A stretch of 64,000 nucleotides of DNA from Amaricoccus sp. (lineage in GTDB: Bacteria > Pseudomonadota > Alphaproteobacteria > Rhodobacterales > Rhodobacteraceae), in assembly GCA_044223585.1 (NCBI GenBank), contig JBGALW010000001.1, positions 7,276 to 71,275 of the forward strand. Reading direction: 5' to 3'. A program made the translations under genes and the position numbers. The notes under the pieces are model-generated. The model ran no database searches and was not told the origin of the DNA. It saw nothing but the letters and a program-made list of their open reading frames with translations. How positions within the stretch are numbered: the stretch's first letter is position 1; each line of letters starts with the position of its first letter. Positions 57,503 to 64,000 of the stretch are shown here, piece after piece.

Positions 57503-57609
57503 CCTTGCAGGCTAGCGACCCGGTCCACGGCAGGCAAGGAAAAACCGCCTCCCGGCGAACAGGGAGAATTTGCCATGGGCGCCTCGCACCTCCCGACCGG
57601 AGGTCAGAA

Positions 57610-58770
57610 ATGGAAGACGAACAGGCAGTCGAACCCCGGCTCCCGCAGGGGGAGCTTCACCGTGTTCTGCGCCAAGCGGCGACCGCCCATGGGCTACCGG
57701 ACGCGGTTCTCGTGACCGGGCATGCGCTCTTGCGCTTCGTGCCGCGGGACGCCGAGCGGCCGATCTCACCCGCGCGCGTGCAGGACCTCGCCGACGAGCG
57801 TGGCTGCGATCCCCGCACGATCCGCAGCCACATCCGACGGCTCGAGGCCTACGGCCTGGTGGTCGACCGGTCCGCCGGCGGCGGCCGCCGCTTGATCCAG
57901 CGCCGCCGCGGCCGCATCGTCGTGCTCCAGGGCATCGACTTCTCGCCGATGCTCGCGGCGGCCGAGGCGATCGGCTTGGCGGCGCTCGCGGCCGAGGCCG
58001 AGCTCGACGAGCGGCGACGGCTCGCAGCCCGCATCTCCGAGCTGAAGCGGCAGCTGCGCGACGCTGTCGAAGTGCGAGCCGAGGAAGGCGGCGCGGCGCG
58101 GGCCGCCGGTGCGCTCGACGCCTGCCCGAGGCGGCATCGGGCGCTCCCGCTCCGCGAGCTCGCGGCCCTCGCTGCCAGGCTCGAGGTGGCAATCGGGCTG
58201 CTGGCGGATCCCGAGGAAGCAGCCGTCGGTCGGATCCTTTCGTCCGACCGGACCGACGAATTCGTCCGACCCTACACCACAGAGAAGGATGAAAATCCTG
58301 TCTGTAGCGGAGCCTCCGCCGGCGCCGGCAATGGCGGTGCCGCGGACGCGCTTCGTCACATCACCCTCGACATGCTGGCCGCGGCGCTCCCGTTTGATTG
58401 GCGCGCCGGCATCGAAAAGACCGGTAGGCTCAGCTGGCCGAACCTGGTGGCCACGGCCTACGAACGCGCGGCCGGCATCGGTGTGACCGAGGAGATCTGG
58501 GTCGACGCACAGGCCGAGCTCGGCAGAGCCGGCGCTGCCGTCCTGGTGCTGCTTGCCGACGCCGGCAGCGTCGAGCGCCGCGGCACCATCCGCTGTCCGG
58601 CCGCATGGGTGCGCGCGATGGCGACCCGCGCCGAGACCGAGCCGCTTCGACTCCGCCGAAACCTCTTCGGTCTCCTGCACCGACGACAGGGTGCCGACAT
58701 CCCCTGCCCCGACCCTATCGCGACCCCTCACCTCCAGACCTGGAGCAGTCCATCATGCCTCGCCTCCTGA
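57610..58770 (+). CDS. repC: RepC-like replication initiator (divergent)
   Basis: GGAGG RBS; HTH RTIRSHIRRLEAYGLVVD, GGGRR, GIDFSPML; C-terminal GVTEEIWVDAQAELG...IRCPAAWVRAM. Confidence 0.75.
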   Translation: MEDEQAVEPRLPQGELHRVLRQAATAHGLPDAVLVTGHALLRFVPRDAERPISPARVQDLADERGCDPRTIRSHIRRLEAYGLVVDRSAGGGRRLIQRRRGRIVVLQGIDFSPMLAAAEAIGLAALAAEAELDERRRLAARISELKRQLRDAVEVRAEEGGAARAAGALDACPRRHRALPLRELAALAARLEVAIGLLADPEEAAVGRILSSDRTDEFVRPYTTEKDENPVCSGASAGAGNGGAADALRHITLDMLAAALPFDWRAGIEKTGRLSWPNLVATAYERAAGIGVTEEIWVDAQAELGRAGAAVLVLLADAGSVERRGTIRCPAAWVRAMATRAETEPLRLRRNLFGLLHRRQGADIPCPDPIATPHLQTWSSPSCLAS

Positions 58771-59381
58771 CCCACGCCTGCATCGCCGTTGCCGCGCTCG
58801 GAGGAGCCGCAGGGCTCACCGCTCTGCCCTCGGCCGCGGCGGACTACGACATCGACTGTGCCGTCATCCTCTGCATGGCGGCGGGGTTTTCGATCGAGCC
58901 GTCGGGGACCTGCGGCGACGCCTACGACTACATGATCGACAGGATCACCGACCGGCCGCCGGAGCCGCCCTTCGACACCTGCACGATGAGCGACGGCACC
59001 GCCTACGACGCCGCCGAGGTCGCGCTCGCCCGACCGTCCAGCCAATTCCGCGCGGGATGGATCTGCCCAGAGCCGGCGCCGATGGCCTTCGACGAAACCG
59101 ACGATGGCATCTTCATCCCGCCGAGCTGCTATCCCGATGCCGAGTACACGCCTCCGATCTTTATCGGCCGGCCCGGGTACTGGTTCCTCGGCGCGCCGGT
59201 GGCGGCCGAGCGCGTCGCTTTCCGTTTCCAGGTCACCATCCCGACCGGCGTCGCGGGCGAGCCCTATGTCTCGCCGGTGTTCCTCTCCAATCCCGACACC
59301 GGGTTCTCCCTGACCCTCACCGCGGACGAGCTGCGCGCGCTCGAGGAGCAGCCCACGATCCAGCTGGAACCTGCGCAGTGA
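58755..59381 (+). CDS. Secreted cysteine-rich protein (DIDCAVILCM, TrbM/KikA-like)
   Basis: Signal peptide; six Cys in the mature part; overlaps the repC end. Confidence 0.6.
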   Translation: MPRLLTHACIAVAALGGAAGLTALPSAAADYDIDCAVILCMAAGFSIEPSGTCGDAYDYMIDRITDRPPEPPFDTCTMSDGTAYDAAEVALARPSSQFRAGWICPEPAPMAFDETDDGIFIPPSCYPDAEYTPPIFIGRPGYWFLGAPVAAERVAFRFQVTIPTGVAGEPYVSPVFLSNPDTGFSLTLTADELRALEEQPTIQLEPAQ

Positions 59382-59689
59382 TCCGAGGGGTTCTCCTTGT
59401 TGGTCTCGCTCTCGGAGTGGCGGCTTCGGCGGCCGCCCAGGAGGCCTGTCTGCGGCCAGTGCCCCCGGAAGAGGTCCGGCCGCCAGAGGGCGATGCGGAG
59501 TTTCGGCAGTTCCTCAACGAGGAGTACCAAGCCTATCTCCTGGACATGCAGGAGTACCTGAACTGCCTCGGCCGCGAGCACGAGAGCGCCACGAAGGAAG
59601 CCCGAGAAATAATGGCACGGTGGATGCTTTGGTTCGGAGACGAAGCGCGCATTCGTTCCAAACGAGGGACCGAGCCGTTGCAGCCCTAG
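59378..59689 (+). CDS. Secreted hypothetical protein (C..P.PP...YLNCL)
   Basis: GTGA overlap; signal peptide ending AAA-Q. Confidence 0.65.
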   Translation: MIRGVLLVGLALGVAASAAAQEACLRPVPPEEVRPPEGDAEFRQFLNEEYQAYLLDMQEYLNCLGREHESATKEAREIMARWMLWFGDEARIRSKRGTEPLQP

Positions 59690-59858
59690 ATAGTTCCGTC
59701 TCAAGAAGCCTATGCCCGCCGCACGGCGCGGCTGCAGACTATCGTCCATCATCTGGGTTTGCGCTCGGCGGCCATCCGAGCCACGTCACCGCCGACCCGC
59801 CGACCCGCCGACCCGCCGGCGATAGCGGCCCTCGCCCGGCTTGCAATTGGCCGGAATT

Positions 59859-59872
59859 TGTTACATGTAACA
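59859..59872. promoter_or_regulatory. Palindromic TA operator
   Basis: Perfect palindrome TGTTACATGTAACA just upstream of the antitoxin RBS. Confidence 0.65.
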
Positions 59873-59890
59873 CATAGAAGGGAGATCTTG

Positions 59891-60112
59891 ATGCCCACCC
59901 CGGTTTCACGACGAGTGCAGAAGCGCAGGGACGTCCTGCGGGCGGCCGGATTGCGGCCTGTCCAGATCTGGGTGCCGGACACAAGGGCCCCTGGCTTCGC
60001 CGCCGAATGCCGCCGGCAAGCCACGCGCGTTGCCGCGGCGGATCGAACCGATCCTGATCTGGCCCATGACCTCGATGCAGGCCTAGCCGATATGGACGAC
60101 ATCTGGACGTGA
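59891..60112 (+). CDS. Antitoxin (DUF3018/MazE-like)
   Basis: RVQKRRDVLRAAGLRPVQIWVPDTRAPGFAAECRRQ. Confidence 0.85.
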   Translation: MPTPVSRRVQKRRDVLRAAGLRPVQIWVPDTRAPGFAAECRRQATRVAAADRTDPDLAHDLDAGLADMDDIWT

Positions 60113-60432
60113 GACGCGGCGATCTGGTGACGGTCGCACTGCAGGGCGCCCACGGCAAGCCGCGCCCGGCACTGGTAATTCAATCAGATCAGTTTCCCGA
60201 CACCGCGACGGTAACGGTCTTGCTCATCACGTCCCTGCTCGTGGACGCGCCGTTGATCCGGCTCACGGTGGGGCCGACGCCGGAGAACGGCCTGCGCGCA
60301 CCCTCGCAGGTCATGGTCGACAAGACGATGACGGTGCGGACCGACAAGCTGGGGGCAGTCTTCGGGCGTCTCGAGGATGTCGAGATCATTCGCGCGACAC
60401 GGGCGCTGGCGCTGTTCCTAGGCATCGCTTGA
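60109..60432 (+). CDS. PemK/MazF family toxin
   Basis: MRRGDLV...GKPRPALVIQSD...LITS...SQVMVDK. Confidence 0.9.
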   Translation: MRRGDLVTVALQGAHGKPRPALVIQSDQFPDTATVTVLLITSLLVDAPLIRLTVGPTPENGLRAPSQVMVDKTMTVRTDKLGAVFGRLEDVEIIRATRALALFLGIA

Positions 60433-60642
60433 TCCGCAGCTGCTGCTGCGCCGCCTGACTGCGTGAATGATTGCTGTGATGCTCACCTCAAGGTCTCTCC
60501 TCAGCGCGGTCCCAGCCGACAGCGGCCTCGACCATGCCTGACAGGACCCCTACCATTCACGCCACCGGCGACCCCCTCCGTCCACCGCATCCCGCAGGAC
60601 GGCAACCAGATTGTCAGGCGACACGACAAACTGGCCCGACGC

Positions 60643-60850
60643 ATTGCCTCGCATGAGACGTGACCGAAGGATGCCCGTGGGGTGACCGTCTCGCGACCCG
60701 CGTCGAGGGGTCGGTCGCGGGCGGCGGGGCGATGGCGGGGAAGATCAGCATGGCGGCGAGGGCAGAGGTGGCAGCGGCGATCCGGGAGCGCTACGCAACG
60801 ATCGGCAGAGCTGCGAAGGGCATGATCCTCGACGAGTTCGTCGCGGTGAG
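60643..60850 (+). mobile_element. Truncated insertion-sequence remnant (transposase N-terminus only)
   Basis: MAGKISMAARAEVAAAIRERY...KGMILDEFVAV resembles the start of integrase-core transposases, then the similarity stops. Confidence 0.55.
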
Positions 60851-61111
60851 GCCCTCCAGCAAGAGTTCGGCAAGCTCGCGGCCGACCTTGCCGGCGGGAT
60901 CGAGCGCGACGATGGCCCGGCGACCGCCCCGCCGGCGGTGGGCCTCTATCGACTCTGAAGCATTCCACTACAGCGAGAATTGACGTAAGGTCAGGACGGG
61001 CCGATCGGATCGGCTCCACAATGTATACCAAGTCTCGATTACCTTTAAAAAAGATTTTCTTGGACGCGCGAATCGCGAGCCGCGTGTCATGGATTCAGGG
61101 GACTTATTCTC

Positions 61112-61978
61112 ATGAAGGACGTGGCGGAGTGCGATCATGGTCCGAGGCTGCGGCTGTTCGGTGGACCAGTTCTCGAAGTGCGCGCGGGGATGTTCCTCGA
61201 GCCGATCTCGCGCAAGGGACGGCTCCTCATGACCTTTCTCGGTCTGCGCGCGGGACGATGGGTCTGGCGCGAAGAGGTCACTCTTTTGCTGTGGCCCGAC
61301 CTCGTCGAGGCCCGGGCGCGGGCCTGCCTTGATACCGAACTCTGGCGGCTGAGGAAGGCGCTCGCCCTGGCGCCGGAATGGCTGGAAGCGGTCCCCGGGC
61401 GCTTGCGCCTGGCCCCGCTGGGCGAGCCCGCCGTGGACGTCGGCGACTTTCGCGACATCCTGCGCTCCGCCGTGGCGGCCGACGCCCCGGATGCGGAGGC
61501 GCTCTTCCGACGCGCCATAGACCTGCATCGCGAGGAGCTCTGTCCAGGCGAGACCGCGGACTGGCTGGTCAGCGAACGGTGCATCCTGCAGGCCGAGCGG
61601 CTCCGGGCGCTCGAACGTCTTCTCGACCTGATGCAGGCCCAGGGCCGCTGGCCCGCGGTGGCCGAGATCGCGACGCGGATACTTGCCGAGGATCCCCTGA
61701 CCGAGCGCGCACATTGCGCAATGATGAGGGCCCACGTCGCCTCGGGAAACCGCCCCCTCGCCCTAGCGCAGTATCGCAAGCTCGAAAGACTGCTGGCGGA
61801 AGAGCTCCAGACCAAGCCGATGCCCGAAACGACCGGCCTGGTCCGGAGCCTCGCCGAACCGCAGAGCAGCCCGGCTCCCCGGAAGGCCGCCACCGCAGTG
61901 CTCGCCGTGCGGCTGGACGCGATAGCCCGCGAGCTGCGCACGATCTCTGAAAGTCTGGCGTCCCGGCGCCGACCTTAG
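61112..61978 (+). CDS. AfsR/SARP family activator (wHTH plus BTAD), with no sensor or ATPase domain
   Basis: LRLFGG, REEVTLLLWPD...ARACLDTELWRLR, DPLTERAHCAMMRAH, ALAQYRKL...PMPET. Confidence 0.88.
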   Translation: MKDVAECDHGPRLRLFGGPVLEVRAGMFLEPISRKGRLLMTFLGLRAGRWVWREEVTLLLWPDLVEARARACLDTELWRLRKALALAPEWLEAVPGRLRLAPLGEPAVDVGDFRDILRSAVAADAPDAEALFRRAIDLHREELCPGETADWLVSERCILQAERLRALERLLDLMQAQGRWPAVAEIATRILAEDPLTERAHCAMMRAHVASGNRPLALAQYRKLERLLAEELQTKPMPETTGLVRSLAEPQSSPAPRKAATAVLAVRLDAIARELRTISESLASRRRP

Positions 61979-62188
61979 CCCTTCAGGGCTCCCGACCCGC
62001 GCTGGCCGCCCGCGACGTGTCTTTGTGAGGCTCTGGTGAGGGTGGACGAGAGCGTGACGTGTGTGTCGTGCGCGATGGTGTCCGGAAGCGATCGCGCTCG
62101 GCTTCGCATTCCCCGAGCAGTCTGGTCTTTCGGCGCGCAAATCGGCCGACCGCCTTCGAGACGACAACACCACACGCGGAGTGACGCC

Positions 62189-64000
62189 ATGGAGAGAGCC
62201 GAGTCTTGGACGCCTGAATCGCCGTTCCTCCAGGCCTTCGATGCCTCGGACCGGCAAATCGACGAGGGCGAGACGGTGACTGTCGGGGAGATCACCGCGC
62301 CGTGGGCCACGCAGTCCGAATCGCCGTTCGCCCGCGACGAGGCAAACGCCGAGGCCGAGAACCTGGAGCAGGCCGAGGCAGTCTACGAGCTGCTTGGCGA
62401 GCTCGAGGACGAAGCCTTTACCCAGAACCTATGCGAGATGGCGGCCGAGGCCGAGCAGGCCGTTCAGGGTGAGGGGCCTCAGTCCGCGGCGATCGCCCCG
62501 GGGATCGCCCATGTCGACCTGCAGCGGCGCTACGAACAGCACTTCGCGCTGCTCGCGGCCGAGGCGGAACGGATGCACAACGCCGTCGCCGAAGGCTTCG
62601 CCAACGTCGAGGCGACGAATGCCAGCGAGGCGGAACTCGAGGCGATGGTTGCACGCTTCGTCCCCGCCCTGTCGGCGCCGCTGTCGCCGGCCCAGGAGCA
62701 GTTCTTCGGAGCGCTTGTCCGCAAAGTCGGGCGCGCGGTCACGAGTGCTGCCCGGTTCGTGGGGCGGGGCATCCAGGCCGCGGGGCGGGGCATCGCGAAC
62801 TTCGGCCGCACGGTGCTCATGCCGCTCTTGCGCCGCCTTGGCGCGCTGGTCCGGCCGCTCTTGCGCCGGGTAATCCAGTTCGCGGTCGGGCGACTGCCCC
62901 AGTCGGTCCAGCCCATCGCTCGCGACCTCGCGCGCAAGCTCTTTGGCACAGTCGCCGCCGAGGCGGAAACCGAAGCGATGAGCCCGTCCGTCGCGGCCGG
63001 GCCGACCCCAGAAATTATTCAGATGGAATACAATCTCCGCGTGGCCGAGGCGTTGCTGATCGCCCCGGCAGGCGAGCAGGAGCACGAGACTTTCCTCGAA
63101 ACTGCGGCCGCGCAGGAACACGAGGCCGAGGACGTGGCCGGACGCCTGCACGAGGCAACGCATGCGTTGGCACTCCGACTTGCCGAGCTCAAGGAAGGCG
63201 AGGACCCGCGGCCGGCTATCCAGCAGTTCCTTCCAGCCGTCCTTCTGGCGCTGAAGCCGATCATCAAGGTCGTCATCGGCATCATCGGACGCGACCGGAT
63301 CATCAACTTCCTTGCCGACCTGCTTGCGAAGCTCGTCTCACGCTGGATCGGCGAGGGCCCGGCAAAACAGCTGGCGAGGCCGCTCGTCAATGTCGGCCTC
63401 GGACTTCTTGGGTTCGAACAGGGCGAGAACGAGGACCCGCGGATGGTCGCCGCCGAGATCATGGCGCAGACCCTGCAGGAAACCGTGCTGTCGCTGGTCC
63501 AGCAGTCGCCCGAGGCGCTCGAGCAGCCCGAGATGCTCCAGGCCCTCACGGCCGAGGCCTTCGAGACGGCGGCGGCGGCGAACTTCCCCGCCGGCACGCT
63601 CAGGGCCGACCTGCGTGAGAACGAGGCCGAAGCCGGCGGGCAGTGGCTCCTGCGCCCGGCGCGCGGACGCCGGAAGTACTACAAGAAGTTCAGCCAGGTC
63701 TTCGAGGTCACCCTAGATCCGGGCGCGCTCCGCCGTGCCCGCGCCTTCGCCGGCGCCTCGGCTGCGGAGTGGCTGGCGGCGACGACCGGCGTGGACCTCG
63801 GCCGCCCGGTCAAGGCACGCATCCATGCCTACGAGCTCGCGCTCGGATCGCGGCTCATCGACATCGCCCGGCTCGAACGGAACGTGAGCGGTCTCGGCAG
63901 CCATCTCTGGACGTCATGGGGCCGGCTGATGCCGCTCACGCCGGAGGTCGCGGCGGAACTCCTGCCCAAGGGCTTTGCGGGACTCGGCCGTCCGGCGGAC
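62189..64000 (+). CDS. Large uncharacterised protein with alternating acidic and cationic amphipathic blocks (3'-truncated by the window; at least 604 aa)
   Basis: GGAG upstream of ATG62189; manual translation stays open to 64000; missing from the ORF track because it has no stop in the window. Confidence 0.85.
   Translation, partial: MERAESWTPESPFLQAFDASDRQIDEGETVTVGEITAPWATQSESPFARDEANAEAENLEQAEAVYELLGELEDEAFTQNLCEMAAEAEQAVQGEGPQSAAIAPGIAHVDLQRRYEQHFALLAAEAERMHNAVAEGFANVEATNASEAELEAMVARFVPALSAPLSPAQEQFFGALVRKVGRAVTSAARFVGRGIQAAGRGIANFGRTVLMPLLRRLGALVRPLLRRVIQFAVGRLPQSVQPIARDLARKLFGTVAAEAETEAMSPSVAAGPTPEIIQMEYNLRVAEALLIAPAGEQEHETFLETAAAQEHEAEDVAGRLHEATHALALRLAELKEGEDPRPAIQQFLPAVLLALKPIIKVVIGIIGRDRIINFLADLLAKLVSRWIGEGPAKQLARPLVNVGLGLLGFEQGENEDPRMVAAEIMAQTLQETVLSLVQQSPEALEQPEMLQALTAEAFETAAAANFPAGTLRADLRENEAEAGGQWLLRPARGRRKYYKKFSQVFEVTLDPGALRRARAFAGASAAEWLAATTGVDLGRPVKARIHAYELALGSRLIDIARLERNVSGLGSHLWTSWGRLMPLTPEVAAELLPKGFAGLGRPAD

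Noticed and set aside
62394-63904. Track ORFs in this interval
   Set aside because: All overlap the single open frame starting at 62189, which has coherent codon usage.
1-64000. rRNA, tRNA, integrase or prophage genes
   Set aside because: None was recognisable by eye. Plasmid versus integrated element cannot be settled from this window alone.

Overview
High-GC segment that looks like part of an alphaproteobacterial (probably Rhodobacterales-like) conjugative plasmid. Left to right it contains: (1) the end of a ParB-like gene; (2) a defence island (1.2-16 kb) with mgtC, mucR, a complete type I R-M system, a short type II CBASS (CD-NTase, E2-like, patatin) with a divergent CapH/CapP-like regulator pair, an RHH/RelE-ParE toxin-antitoxin pair split by a HerA-like ATPase, and a ParDE pair; (3) a conjugative leading region (16-23.5 kb) with a LexA-boxed SRAP fusion and three ~380-bp structured repeats heading small unknown genes, a broken methyltransferase and ardC; (4) a Ti-plasmid-like virC2-virC1 <-> mobC-virD2-virD4 module whose intergenic region holds a T-DNA-border-like nick site and 8-bp periodic arrays; (5) a 16-kb sugar uptake and catabolism island; (6) a complete virB1-11 T4SS; (7) a stand-alone repC with a putative ctRNA, two coupled secreted-protein genes, a PemK/MazF TA pair and an IS remnant; (8) a SARP/BTAD activator followed by a long ORF, absent from the ORF track because it runs off the window end, built of alternating acidic and cationic amphipathic blocks. 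All calls come from motif reading only; no database searches were run.
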